This document shows positions 1-10,260 of a DNA stretch of 64,000 nt, in pieces. The number at the start of each line of letters is the position of its first letter. Position 1 is the first letter of the stretch. A program made the translations under genes and the position numbers. The stretch spans positions 1-64,000 of the forward strand of contig JBEKCB010000008.1 of the NCBI GenBank assembly GCA_050015075.1, written 5' to 3'. This DNA comes from Candidatus Brocadiia bacterium (GTDB lineage Bacteria > Planctomycetota > Brocadiia > CAIUPP01). The notes below the pieces were generated by a model, which searched no databases, was not told where the DNA came from, and was given only the letters and a program-made list of their open reading frames with translations.

Positions 1-178
1 CATGGCGGCCGACACGGTCGTTTTCGCCCCGGAGACCATAACCGACCGATCCACTTATGAAGACGGCCGGCAGTACGCAGAGGGCGTCGAGTATGTCACC
101 GTCAACGGGCGCCTGGTGCTGGACGGCGGCCGGATGACCGAAGAGCTGCCCGGCCGCGTGGTGGGAGCGCGCGCTTGA
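1..178 (+). CDS. 3' end of an N-acyl-D-amino-acid deacylase (D-aminoacylase-like amidohydrolase), partial
   Basis: Frame 2 reads MAADTVVFAPETITDRSTYEDGRQYAEGVEYVTVNGRLVLDGGRMTEELPGRVV, stop TGA at 176-178. This matches the AD.VVFDP..I.DRATY..P.QYA.G...V.VNG C-terminus of D-aminoacylases. Not in the ORF track. Confidence 0.8.
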   Translation, partial: MAADTVVFAPETITDRSTYEDGRQYAEGVEYVTVNGRLVLDGGRMTEELPGRVVGARA

Positions 179-207
179 AGCGAGCGCGGCCCGGAGAGGA
201 GAAGGAC

Positions 208-1296
208 ATGGCGGACCGTCACGAACTGATCGGCAAAACGCTGGATCGAGTGGAGACACCGGCGCTGGTCGTGGACGCCGACGCGCTGCAGTTCAACCTG
301 GATACGATGGCCCGCTACTTTGCGCAGCGCCCCTGCAAGCTGCGGCCGCACTTCAAGTCGCACAAGTGCGTGACGCTCGCGCACCGGCAGCTCCAGGCCG
401 GCGGCGCGGTGGGGATCACCGCGGCCAAGCTTTCCGAAGCCGAGGCGCTGGTCGCCGGCGGCATCGCCGACGTGCTCATTGCCAACCAGGTGGTCGGTCC
501 GGGCAAGTGCCGCCGCCTGGCCGAACTGAACCGCCGCGCCGTCGTGCGAGCCGCCGTGGACTCGGCGCAGAACGTCCGCGAACTCGACGACGCCGCCCGG
601 GAGACGGGCGTGACCATCGGCGTGCTGGTCGAAGTGGATATCGGCATGAACCGTTGCGGCGTGCCACCGGGTGAGCCGACGTTTGTCTTGGCTCGACAGG
701 TCCACGAGTCGCCGGGCCTCCGCTTCGACGGCCTGCAAGGCTACGAAGGGCATCTCGTTCTGCTGCCGGACGCCCAGGAGCGCGCGCGCCGTGCGACGGA
801 GTGCATCGGCCGCCTGGTTGCCCTGCGGTCCGAACTCGAGCGGCATGGGCTGCCGTGCGCGATTATCTCGGGCGGCGGCACCGGAACCTACGACGTCACC
901 GGCAATATCGAGGGGATGAACGAGGTCCAGGCCGGGAGTTACGCGCTGATGGACAAGCATTATCGGACGCGGCGCCCGGAGTTTCGCAACGCCATGTTCG
1001 TCCTCACGACCGTGATCTCCGTCCAGCCGGACCACATTGTCTGCGATGTCGGCCTCAAAGGGATCGGCTCTGATTTCGGCCTGCCCGCCGTCATGGGAAA
1101 CCCGGCCGCGGAGGTGCTCAAGCTTTCGGAGGAGCACACGGCGGTGAAGAACGCCGGCGCGAAAATCGGCGAGCGCCTGCGGCTCATCCCGTCGCACGGC
1201 TGCACCACCAGCAACCTCCATCGCCGGTTGATCGTGGCGCGCGGCGAAGTGATCGAGGACGTGTGGCCCATCGAAGGCAGTGGCTGCCTGGAGTAG
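208..1296 (+). CDS. DSD1-family PLP-dependent enzyme (D-serine dehydratase / D-threonine aldolase-like, fold type III)
   Basis: ETPALVVD, LRPHFKSHK (PLP lysine), VEVDIGMNRCG, GLQGYEGH, SGGGTGT, SEEH, PSHGC; purine-rich RBS before ATG 208. Confidence 0.88.
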   Translation: MADRHELIGKTLDRVETPALVVDADALQFNLDTMARYFAQRPCKLRPHFKSHKCVTLAHRQLQAGGAVGITAAKLSEAEALVAGGIADVLIANQVVGPGKCRRLAELNRRAVVRAAVDSAQNVRELDDAARETGVTIGVLVEVDIGMNRCGVPPGEPTFVLARQVHESPGLRFDGLQGYEGHLVLLPDAQERARRATECIGRLVALRSELERHGLPCAIISGGGTGTYDVTGNIEGMNEVQAGSYALMDKHYRTRRPEFRNAMFVLTTVISVQPDHIVCDVGLKGIGSDFGLPAVMGNPAAEVLKLSEEHTAVKNAGAKIGERLRLIPSHGCTTSNLHRRLIVARGEVIEDVWPIEGSGCLE

Positions 1297-1325
1297 AGTA
1301 TTCATCCATGCGGGAGAACACGACG

Positions 1326-4300
1326 ATGCCGAACAGCGCTGCAAGCGTCCGCGAATGTCCGCTCGTGATCCCCACTTACGCGCTCGGAGCGCCTGAGATC
1401 AATCCGCTGTTCTACTCGGGCCAGGGCTATCAGGGAGCGAAACGGACGGTCTACCCGTATCCGTTCCTGGACAAGCTGAGCGACACCCGGGTTGACAAGA
1501 CGTACAAGGCGGTCTGCCTGGAGAACGAGTACCTCCAGGTCACGGTGCTGCCGGAGATCGGCGGAAGGATTTTCGCGGGCCTGGACAAGACGGACCACTA
1601 CGATTTTTTCTATCGCCAGCGGGTCGTCAAGCCGGCGCTGATCGGGATGCTCGGGGCGTGGATTTCCGGCGGAGTCGAGTGGGACTTGCCGCACCATCAC
1701 CGGGCGACGACGTTCATGCCGGTGGATTACCGCCTGGAGGCGCGCGCCGACGGCGGCCGGACCGTGTGGGTCGGCGAGGTCGAGCGCAGGCATCGCATGA
1801 AGTGGACCGTGGGCATGACCGTGTATCCGGGCCGGTCGTTCCTCGAAGTGACCCTGAAGATGTTCAACCGCACGCCGCTGGCGCACTCGATGCTCTGCTT
1901 CACCAACGCGGCCGTGCACGTGAATCCGGACTACCGCGTGATCTTCCCGCCGGCGATCGAGTACGGCGTCCAGCATGGAAAGCACGAGTTCGTCCACTGG
2001 CCCATCGCGCATGAAATCTACGCCGGCGTGGATTACAGGGCCGGGGTGGACGTGAGCTGGTGGAAGAACCATCCGAGCATGATCTCCATCTTCGCGTGGA
2101 ACGAGCATGACGATTTCCTCGCCGGGTACGACTACTCGAAAGACGCGGGCGTGGCGCGCGTGGCGGACCACCACGTCTCGCCGGGCATGAAGTTCTGGAC
2201 CTTCGGCGCGGGCGCCCCAGGCGAGATGTGGCACAGGAACGTCCTCAGCGACGGTGACACGCCCTACGTGGAACTCATGAGCGGCGCGTACTCGGACAAC
2301 CAGCCCGATTACAGTTGGATCGAGCCGACGGAGACGCGGGCCGCCGTGGAATACTGGTATCCCATCCGAAACCTCGGCGGCGTGAAGAACGCGACGCGCG
2401 ACGCGGCCGTGAACCTCGAGGTCAGCGGAAAGAATAGCGCCCGGCTGGCCTTCAACGCGACGGCGAATCTCAAGGGCGCGACCGTTCTGCTCAAGGCCGG
2501 CGGCCGGGTGCTGATCGAGCGCCGGATTGACATCAGCCCCGCGCGGCCCTTCTCCGCGGAAGTCGCCCTGCCCAAGGGCGTTCAGGAGACCGAACTTGAG
2601 GCGGCGCTCATCGCCGGCGGGAAGGAACTCGTCGGATACCGGCCGGCGAGGCCGAAGGGCGCGCCGATGCCCAAGCCGATGGTCCCGCCCGGGCCGCCCG
2701 CTGAAATGAAGACCAACGAGGAACTCTATCTGACGGGCCTCCGCCTTGAGCAATTTCATAACCCGGCGGTGGAACCGCACCCCTACTACCAGGAAGCGCT
2801 TCGACGCGACCCCGATGACTATCGCGCGAACGTCGCGCTGGCGCTCCTCGACTTGAAACGCGGGCTATTCGCCGAAGCGGAAGCGCACCTGTGCCGCGCG
2901 GTCGCGCGCGTGACGAAGAACTATACTCGCGCCAAGGACGGCGAGGCGCACTACTACCTCGGCGTGGCGCTGAAGGCGCAAGGGAAGCGTGCCGAGGCGC
3001 TGGACGCGCTGAACCGCGCCGCGTGGAGTTTCGCGTGGCGCGCCGCGAGCTACTATGAAATCGCCGAGATCGAGCTTTGTCGCGGAGACCTCCGCGCCGC
3101 GTTGACCTCCATCGAGCATTCGCTGGCATTCAACCGGCTTCATCCGAAGGGCCTGAACCTCAAGGCGACGGTGCTTCGCCACATGGGATCGCTCAAGGAG
3201 TCCCGCGAGGCCGCGGCGGAGGCTCTGCGGCTGGACCCGCTGGATTGGCGCGCGCAGAATGAGCAGCTTCTCGCGCTCAAGCAAAAAAAGGCGATCGCCC
3301 AGGCGCGAAAAGAGCTGGACGCCCTGCTGCGCGGTGAGCCGCAGAACTACCTGGAGCTCGCGTCCGATTACCAGAACCTGGAACTCTGGGATGACGCGAT
3401 TGACGTCCTCGAACGGTTCCTCCGGATATCACCGAAGAACGTTGACCCGATGATTCACTACACACTGGGTTATTACTGGGAGCGGAAGGGCGACGCCGTG
3501 AAGTCAGCGGAACAATACCGCCTCGGCGGAAAGATGCCGCCCGATTACTGCTTCCCGTTCCGCCTCGAATCCGTCCGCGTGCTCGAAAGCGCGATGAAGC
3601 ATAATCCCGCGGACGCCCGCGCGCCCTACTACCTGGGGAACCTGCTCTGCGATATGCAGCCGCAGAACGCGATCCGCATGTGGGAGCGGTCGCGCCGCCT
3701 GGACGGCCGGTTCGCCACGGCGCACCGCAATCTCGCCTTCGGTTATTCGTACTACGCGCAGGACTACTCGAAGGCGATCCGAAGTCTGAGGAAGGCCATC
3801 GCGCTCGCCCCGGACGATGCGCGGTTCCTCTTCGAGATGGACCTCGCCATGGCCGCGGCCCAGCGGCCTCACCGCGAACGGCTGCGGTTCCTGGAGCGCC
3901 GCCACCGGGTTGTGCTCAAGCGCAACGATGCGCTGCTGCGCGAGATCATACTCCACGTCTACGTCGGCGACTACGACCGCGCCGTGGAACTCATGGCGAA
4001 CAGGCGCTTCCGCGTCGCGGAAGGCGGCGAGAACACAGTTCACGACGTCCACGTGGACGCGCATCTCCTGCGCGGCCGCAAGGCCCTCGCCGCCGACGAT
4101 GCCACGCGCGCGCTGGAGGACTTCGAGGCTGCGATGGAATACCCGCCTCGGTTCGAGTTCGCGCGTCCCCATGACGGCGGCCGGGAGTCGGAGATCAACT
4201 GGTTCCTCGGCGCGGCGCACGAGGCTCTCGGAAACAACGACGAGGCCCGCCGCCGCTTTGCCGCGTCCGTGGTGAAGGAACGCCGCGGGACCGCCCTTGC

Positions 4301-4625
4301 GTACTGGCAGGGGCAGGCGTATCGGATCCTCGGCCGAGAGAAAGAGGCGCGCGGGATGTTCGATGACCTCGTGCGCACCGGAGAACGGCAGATCGCCAAA
4401 GGCGGCGAAGCCGACTTCTTCGACAAGTTCGGCGACCGGCGGAGCGTAACGGCGCGCAAGGCGCAGGCGCACTACCTGATCGGTCTCGGCTTGCTCGGCA
4501 TGGGCAAACGCGCGCGCGCGAAGGCGGAGTTCCGGACCGCGCTCCAGTGCGACATCAACACCCTCGGCGCGCGGACGATGCTGGAGGCCGTTCGCAGAGG
4601 CGGCGTTGAAGCCGGGAGACGCTAA
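1326..4625 (+). CDS. DUF5107 domain protein with C-terminal TPR repeats
   Basis: YPYP..DKL, LENEYL.V.VLPEIGGRI, VVKPALIGMLGAWISGGVEW..P.HHR, YVELMSG.YSDNQPD; long helical TPR region; GGAGA RBS before ATG 1326. Confidence 0.85.
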   Translation: MPNSAASVRECPLVIPTYALGAPEINPLFYSGQGYQGAKRTVYPYPFLDKLSDTRVDKTYKAVCLENEYLQVTVLPEIGGRIFAGLDKTDHYDFFYRQRVVKPALIGMLGAWISGGVEWDLPHHHRATTFMPVDYRLEARADGGRTVWVGEVERRHRMKWTVGMTVYPGRSFLEVTLKMFNRTPLAHSMLCFTNAAVHVNPDYRVIFPPAIEYGVQHGKHEFVHWPIAHEIYAGVDYRAGVDVSWWKNHPSMISIFAWNEHDDFLAGYDYSKDAGVARVADHHVSPGMKFWTFGAGAPGEMWHRNVLSDGDTPYVELMSGAYSDNQPDYSWIEPTETRAAVEYWYPIRNLGGVKNATRDAAVNLEVSGKNSARLAFNATANLKGATVLLKAGGRVLIERRIDISPARPFSAEVALPKGVQETELEAALIAGGKELVGYRPARPKGAPMPKPMVPPGPPAEMKTNEELYLTGLRLEQFHNPAVEPHPYYQEALRRDPDDYRANVALALLDLKRGLFAEAEAHLCRAVARVTKNYTRAKDGEAHYYLGVALKAQGKRAEALDALNRAAWSFAWRAASYYEIAEIELCRGDLRAALTSIEHSLAFNRLHPKGLNLKATVLRHMGSLKESREAAAEALRLDPLDWRAQNEQLLALKQKKAIAQARKELDALLRGEPQNYLELASDYQNLELWDDAIDVLERFLRISPKNVDPMIHYTLGYYWERKGDAVKSAEQYRLGGKMPPDYCFPFRLESVRVLESAMKHNPADARAPYYLGNLLCDMQPQNAIRMWERSRRLDGRFATAHRNLAFGYSYYAQDYSKAIRSLRKAIALAPDDARFLFEMDLAMAAAQRPHRERLRFLERRHRVVLKRNDALLREIILHVYVGDYDRAVELMANRRFRVAEGGENTVHDVHVDAHLLRGRKALAADDATRALEDFEAAMEYPPRFEFARPHDGGRESEINWFLGAAHEALGNNDEARRRFAASVVKERRGTALAYWQGQAYRILGREKEARGMFDDLVRTGERQIAKGGEADFFDKFGDRRSVTARKAQAHYLIGLGLLGMGKRARAKAEFRTALQCDINTLGARTMLEAVRRGGVEAGRR

Positions 4626-4735
4626 CGAGTGCTGCCTCCAGAAAATAAGTTGCACAATGTTCGATTATTCAGAGCGAACCGAAAAGCTCGGCGGGACTCC
4701 GATGCGGGACATTGCCGCTGCTTCAGGCAATTCCG

Positions 4736-5320
4736 GTAGGTACGTATCGTACCTAGTGGAGCAGCAAAACGGTGCTCGCGTGAGATGCCCTGTCCGGTTT
4801 TTCTGCGCGAACCGCAGGGCACGGCAGTCCTTGAACGCGGCACGCTGGCAGTTGCTCCGGGAAATAACCGCTAGGTGCGTATCGTATCTAGTGGAGCGCT
4901 GAAACGGTGCCCGCGCTCGCGTGAGACGCCCTCCCCGGTCTTTTCTGCGCGAAGCGCAGCGGGCGACAGCACTCGAACGCGGCGCGCTGGCAGTTCCTCC
5001 GGGAAATAGCCACTAGATACGTATCGTACCTAGTGGAGCGCCGAAACGGTGCCCGCGCTCGCGTGAGATGCCTTGCCCGGTCTTTTCTGCGCGAAGCGCA
5101 GCGGGCGACAGCACTCGAACGCGGCGCGCTGGCAGTTCCTCCGGGAAATAGCCACTAGATACGTATCGTACCTAGTGGAGCGCTGAAACGGTGCCCGCGC
5201 TCGCGTGAGATGCCCTCCCCGGTCTTTTCTGCGCGAAGCGCAGAGGGCGATAGCACTCGAACGCGGCGCGCTGGCAGTTCCTCCGGGAAATAGCCGCTAG
5301 ATACGTATCGTACCTAGTGG
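4736..5320. repeat. Non-coding tandem array: about 4 units of 142 bp (first unit 135 bp) plus a terminal palindromic core
   Basis: Core CTAGRTRCGTATCGTAYCTAGTGG starts at 4736 (first base differs), 4871, 5013, 5155 and 5297; the intervening sequences are nearly identical; lies between convergent genes. Confidence 0.95.
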
Positions 5321-5391
5321 CACTTTGTAACGGCGCTCGCGCTGTCGTCGGATGCTCTGCCGCGTCTATTTGGGGCGACAGGCCGGCGGGG

Positions 5392-8208
5392 TCATTTCCA
5401 GCGGTATTCCCGCGCGCCGTTCAACTTCAACTGCCACCAGTCGCCGTGCGCCTGCGTTTCCGCGGTGGACGCCGGGCCGCCTGCGCAGCGCACTTCGGCC
5501 GGGCGGCCGAAACGCGCGGCGCTCAGCTCGATGAAGAAGTCCCGCGCGCGCGGCAGAGCGCGCAGCACCCATTCGCCCTCTTCGCGCCGCACCAGCACGC
5601 TGCCGTCCGTGCGCACGTCGCCGAAGTCGAGCACCTTGCCGCTTGCGTTCAGCCGGTGCTGATAGATGTCGGCGCTGCCCTGCGGCGAAGGCGGTTCGGC
5701 GTCAAAGGAGATGTCCCGGCCGTGATCGCGCACGTGCAACGTTCCCGCTCGAATGCGCCCGCGTCCGTCGCTGCGGCCCTGCAACGTCAGGCGCTCCTCG
5801 TCCGGCAGAAATAATCCGATGCGCACGCCGTAGTCTCCATCGGGCAGATCGTCCGGCAGGCGAACGTCATGCGGGCCGTCGCGCAGCGTTTCGCCCGTTT
5901 TCCAGGTTGAGCTGGCGCGCGGCAGGACATGATCGTTCTGGAACGAGATGTTATCGCCGCTGCCGCCGCGGGTGACGAAATGGACGAAGCAGTTGTAATC
6001 GCGCGGCAGGGTTTCCCCGACGCGCCATTCGTAGCTGAGCGCGAAGGCGCGTTCGCCGGTCTGCCGGAATTCCGCAACCGCCGGCTGGATGCGATGAACG
6101 CCGCCCTGGTCCCAATCCGACTCGGCGCGGGCGTTGGCAAAGGTGCTCTCTTCCGTGCGCGCGTAGTCGGCGATGACATCCTGGAGCAACGCCGTCCAGG
6201 CCGTGACCCCTGCGCCGCTCGCCGCCCATCCGTATTGCGGCAGGGTGACCCCGCCCTCGCGCAAGGGTTCCGCGTCGTCGTTGGCGGTCACGGTCAGCCC
6301 GTTGTCGTAAGCGACGCGGACGCGCTTCCAGGTCCCGGCGCGGGCCGCTTGCGTGCCGTCCACCCAGCGGCCGTTCACCTGGTATTGGATGCTGACCGGC
6401 AGCGCGGTCGCATAGCGCGCGGTGACCGGGGACATCAAGTGATGTTCGAGCCACGCCAGCGGCACGACCGAGTACGCCGCGGTACCCAGAAAACCGGCGT
6501 GGCCGTAAATGACTTCCTGCATCCGGTATTGGTCGAGGAGTTCCATGGGCGGCAGCGCGCCCCAGCTTCGGTCGCTCCACCAGCGTTCGTAGTAGCCCAT
6601 GCCGTGATTGAACTGCAGCGGATGAATTTTCAGGAGGTCGAAGTCCACCATCAGCGGAGCGGTCCGGCCGGCATTCTCGGGCACGCCGAGCCGGAATTGC
6701 GCCTCGACGCCGTCGAGCAACCCGCTCCAGAACCAGTGGTTGGCGCCCTCGCCCAGCACCGGCCCGCCGTAGAGCCCGCGCTCGAACGCCCATAACTGGC
6801 GATGCGCCTCCCAAACGGTCCGAAACATTCCGGCGCCTTCCGATTCGGCGCGGAAGTCCACGTGGAACCATGGCGGCACGGAGGAATGCACGTCCAGAAA
6901 ATCGGCGTTCGGTTTGTAGAGAGCCAGGATCTGCGAACTCTGTTCCGTCGCCAGAGGCAGGATCGAGTGCGGCTGAATCGCGAACGATTGAATCTTCGTC
7001 TGGGGCTGATACCACGCCGGCACGCGATGGCCCTGCGAGTCGAGCGCCACGTCGGCGTCATCGAACCCTTCGTAATTGGGGTAGTAATCCACGTAGTTCT
7101 CGTGCAGGGCGATGTCGTATCCCAGGCTTTTTGCGGTGGCGACCAGGCGCTTCATTGCGGCGCCGCCGCCCAGGTCGGGGTTGGCCGGGACATGCGCGGG
7201 GAGCGCGTTGTCGTAGCCGCTGCGCTGCCAGTTATGAATGATCGCGACGCAGTTATTCAGCCCGTAACCGTGCAGCGTTTCCAGATTGCGCGCGATGTCG
7301 TCGAAACGCCCGCCCCAGATGTCGAGGACGATCTTGCCCGCCAGGTGGCCGCGGAACGGAGAGGGCGGATTCGGGATGTTGGGCAGAGTTTCCGCCACCT
7401 GCCAGGCGGCACAGAACACCGCGCGCTCGTGCAGCGGGACGCGGCTGCCGTCGGTGCGGGCGCCATAGACGGCGCGCGTGTTCTGGTGATCGGAGGCGGA
7501 CGATTTCGTCCAGTCGAGAAACGTGCTGACGAACAGGTTCTCCTGCTCGAGATAAAACACCTTGCCGGAGTAGTAAGGAACGGTCACGTCTCGTTGGCGC
7601 GGCGCCGGCCCCCAGCGCCCCGCGTCGAACGCGGCGATTTGCGGCGCGTCGCAGCTCACCTCCAGCACCAGGCTTTTCCCGATCAACTGCGCCGTGCAGC
7701 GGAGCGTCGCCGTTTGCCCGTTCATCTCATACGTTGAAACGCAGGCGACGCCGCCGGGCGCCGCCTCCAGACGGCTGCCCTTGAACGTGGCCGTCTGCGT
7801 CCATTCCAGGCGCGCGTCAGCCGCCAGCGAAACGACTTCGGATGCTTTCGCGCCCTGCGATGTTGCCCGCAGTTGCCAGATGCCGAGCGGCGGATCGGAG
7901 GCTGCAGCGGGACCGGACCATTGATATTCCAACTTCCCGTCGGGGCCGCTGTAGGTCAGTGTTGCGCGATCGGCGCTGACGCTGGTGGTGATGCCGCCCA
8001 CGAAACCCGAGGCCGGCGCGACTTCCCCGTTTTCCGCCGGATAGAGGCGGCGCAGGTCCAGCGTCGGCGCGGGTTCATGGCCGGCAGAATCGTGCATGCC
8101 CGGACCCTCCGGAAGTTCCCGGGACGCCGTGGCCGCGTAATGCGCTCTTGAGCATCCGGCGGTGAGGCTGAGAATGGCCAGGAAGCCAATGGACGCTGCT
8201 GCGCGCAT
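5392..8208 (-). CDS. Putative lipoprotein glycoside hydrolase (DUF5696 / GH101-GH129-like TIM barrel) with an Ig-like insertion
   Basis: Lipobox LTAGC; HNWQRSGYDNALP, LHENYVDYYP, FLDVHSS, GPVLGEG; near the C-terminus a FVHF...WKTGE...GDYGVRIGLF Ig-like module. Confidence 0.6.
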   Translation of the reverse strand: MRAAASIGFLAILSLTAGCSRAHYAATASRELPEGPGMHDSAGHEPAPTLDLRRLYPAENGEVAPASGFVGGITTSVSADRATLTYSGPDGKLEYQWSGPAAASDPPLGIWQLRATSQGAKASEVVSLAADARLEWTQTATFKGSRLEAAPGGVACVSTYEMNGQTATLRCTAQLIGKSLVLEVSCDAPQIAAFDAGRWGPAPRQRDVTVPYYSGKVFYLEQENLFVSTFLDWTKSSASDHQNTRAVYGARTDGSRVPLHERAVFCAAWQVAETLPNIPNPPSPFRGHLAGKIVLDIWGGRFDDIARNLETLHGYGLNNCVAIIHNWQRSGYDNALPAHVPANPDLGGGAAMKRLVATAKSLGYDIALHENYVDYYPNYEGFDDADVALDSQGHRVPAWYQPQTKIQSFAIQPHSILPLATEQSSQILALYKPNADFLDVHSSVPPWFHVDFRAESEGAGMFRTVWEAHRQLWAFERGLYGGPVLGEGANHWFWSGLLDGVEAQFRLGVPENAGRTAPLMVDFDLLKIHPLQFNHGMGYYERWWSDRSWGALPPMELLDQYRMQEVIYGHAGFLGTAAYSVVPLAWLEHHLMSPVTARYATALPVSIQYQVNGRWVDGTQAARAGTWKRVRVAYDNGLTVTANDDAEPLREGGVTLPQYGWAASGAGVTAWTALLQDVIADYARTEESTFANARAESDWDQGGVHRIQPAVAEFRQTGERAFALSYEWRVGETLPRDYNCFVHFVTRGGSGDNISFQNDHVLPRASSTWKTGETLRDGPHDVRLPDDLPDGDYGVRIGLFLPDEERLTLQGRSDGRGRIRAGTLHVRDHGRDISFDAEPPSPQGSADIYQHRLNASGKVLDFGDVRTDGSVLVRREEGEWVLRALPRARDFFIELSAARFGRPAEVRCAGGPASTAETQAHGDWWQLKLNGAREYRWK

Positions 8209-8241
8209 GACACCTTCCGGAATGGAATTCGAGCAAGGTGC

Positions 8242-9516
8242 TTACTGAGCGGCTTCGGACGTCCGGCCGAAGCGGGCGACCCATTGCGGCGTGGCGCTCA
8301 GGCCGCCCCAGCCGCCCGGATTATGGTTCGCTTCAAAAATCTTCCGCAGCGTCGGGTCGTATGGCGCCAGGGCTTCCCAGAGCACGCCCGGCGAGTCCGC
8401 CCAATGCGGATCGGGCTTACCGCCGTCAATCCGCTGGAACTTCGCGCCCTTGATCTGCTTGTTCCACATGAAGTCCCGGTTCGTGGCGATGAGGCGGGCG
8501 ATATCCTCTTTCGTGAAGACCAAGCCATGTTCGTACGCCGCCACAATCGCGCTGACGTCCACGCCGTAGTACCCGCCGTTCGGGTGCACGCCGACCCAGT
8601 GCTTGAGAGAGCCATCCGCGTTGGTGTCCCACGGCACGCCCGGGTCCCAGTAATCCCAGACGAAATACTTGCCGTCGTCGCGGAGTTTCATTCGAGACTT
8701 CATCACCTGGAACCACTTCTCGGCGCGTTCACGGTAGACGGCTTTGTGCGTGGCGTCGTACATGGCGAGCATCCACTCGGAGATCATGTTTTCCTTGTTG
8801 TCCGGCAGCGAGTTGCCGACCGTCTTCCCGGTGTCATATCCCTCGGTCCACTTGCCGGTCTTGGGGTCAAGCCCGAATTGCGGAACGACCCAGATGCCGC
8901 CTTCCTTCGTCTCGCGCCATGCGCCGCGCGAATTCCATTTCTCGAACGTTTTTTCGGCAAGTTGGAGATATTCCTCGGCCTTGGCGCCGTACTCTTTTTT
9001 CAGAGCCGGTGTCTTGAGAATCTCGCCGGCCATCATCACCACGGGGCGAAGGAACAGCGCGTCGCCCACCTCGACGTCCGTGTAGCGCGTCTCGACCCCG
9101 GCGGGAAGATAATCGAGGACGCCCTCCTCCTCTTCCTTGGGCCAGCCGATATAGCCGTCCGGCTCCTTCACGCCGCGCTTGATGACGGAGTCCGTCCAAT
9201 CCATCAGCCGGTTCACCCACTCGCGGTCGCCCGTGGCCATGTAGCCGTAGTAGTACCCGTTCAGGAACGGGCTGACGATCCAGCCGATCTCCTCGCCCAT
9301 TTCCTTATCGCAAGGGCGGTCGCGGCCGTCGTTGATGATGCTCTGCTTCCAACGCTGCATCCAATCCTTGGCGACGGCAGGATCCATGGGAGCGCCCGCC
9401 TGCACAGCCGCGCCGGCTGCCGCGTCCTTCTGGCCCTGGGCGATGGAAAACCCGCCCGGAAGAATCCACGCGAGCAGCAGTCCGCAAATCGCACCGCCGT
9501 ACAATCTATGTGACAT
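8242..9516 (-). CDS. Secreted Trp-rich helical protein, possibly an (alpha/alpha)-barrel carbohydrate-active enzyme
   Basis: Signal peptide; YMATGDREW, YDATHKAVYRERA and W.YW motifs typical of alpha-toroid enzymes; follows the codon bias. Confidence 0.5.
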   Translation of the reverse strand: MSHRLYGGAICGLLLAWILPGGFSIAQGQKDAAAGAAVQAGAPMDPAVAKDWMQRWKQSIINDGRDRPCDKEMGEEIGWIVSPFLNGYYYGYMATGDREWVNRLMDWTDSVIKRGVKEPDGYIGWPKEEEEGVLDYLPAGVETRYTDVEVGDALFLRPVVMMAGEILKTPALKKEYGAKAEEYLQLAEKTFEKWNSRGAWRETKEGGIWVVPQFGLDPKTGKWTEGYDTGKTVGNSLPDNKENMISEWMLAMYDATHKAVYRERAEKWFQVMKSRMKLRDDGKYFVWDYWDPGVPWDTNADGSLKHWVGVHPNGGYYGVDVSAIVAAYEHGLVFTKEDIARLIATNRDFMWNKQIKGAKFQRIDGGKPDPHWADSPGVLWEALAPYDPTLRKIFEANHNPGGWGGLSATPQWVARFGRTSEAAQ

Positions 9517-9602
9517 ATCGGCCCTTTCAGATGTTTCGAATCCCACTGCTGTCGCCCGTGATTACCACACGGACGAACGCCAGTCAACCCGCCGCGGCGG
9601 CC

Positions 9603-10169
9603 CTACTGCCGCTCCACCAGCGGCGTCACGTCGAAGATGAACCGGCCCTCGGCGCGGATATTCTCGGTCTGCGCCCACGGCATCAGAACAGGCGCGGTCC
9701 CTTCGGCCCGAACGATGTCCGCAGTCAGCATGAAGTTGTCGCCTGCCACGGAGGAGCATTGCAGCATCACCACTTCCTTGACGCCCTGCTTTGGGGTCGC
9801 GTTGCCGCCGGGCGTCGCCTCCGTCAGATGCCCCTGATACTTCTCCCGCAAATCCACCGGGTTTCCGGCGGCGTCTGCGGGCTGCTCGTCGGCCTTGGCC
9901 ATCCATGCCTCCGTTATGAGGACAAAGGCCAGCGGCTGAACGGCTTCGATGGCCTTATTGAGGATGGCGGAGGCGGCGTCCTTGTCGTTGATGAACTCCC
10001 GCAAGGGCAGCACGGAGACGGCCTGGTCCTGAAGGAACAGCGCCACCGGTTCGCAGAAGGCGTCTCGCTCGAAGTGCAGACGGGCGGTGTCGCGCATCTG
10101 CTCGAAGAACTGCGTGATTTCCGTTCGCTGTTTGCCGGTCACGATTCGCACAGCCGGATTCCTTTTCAT
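9603..10169 (-). CDS. Hypothetical protein
   Basis: 188-aa ORF with coding-like composition (AFVLITEAWM, KEVVMLQ). Confidence 0.6.
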   Translation of the reverse strand: MKRNPAVRIVTGKQRTEITQFFEQMRDTARLHFERDAFCEPVALFLQDQAVSVLPLREFINDKDAASAILNKAIEAVQPLAFVLITEAWMAKADEQPADAAGNPVDLREKYQGHLTEATPGGNATPKQGVKEVVMLQCSSVAGDNFMLTADIVRAEGTAPVLMPWAQTENIRAEGRFIFDVTPLVERQ

Positions 10170-10260
10170 TCCCGACGTCGGGCATGCTATCTCAAGCGTC
10201 GCGGGGACGTCAACCGCTCGGCATGGAACTCCGCGCGTTCTCGCGCCTGCCCTTTTCCGG

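Noticed and set aside
55-1344. Long antisense ORFs (also 1302-2780, 8284-9513, 28388-29902, 31899-33749, 44419-46335, 56008-58488)
   Set aside because: They are shadows of well-supported genes on the opposite strand, as expected in high-GC DNA.
4736-5320. CRISPR array interpretation of the repeated palindromic core
   Set aside because: The intervening segments are about 118 bp and nearly identical rather than unique spacers, and there are no cas genes in the window.
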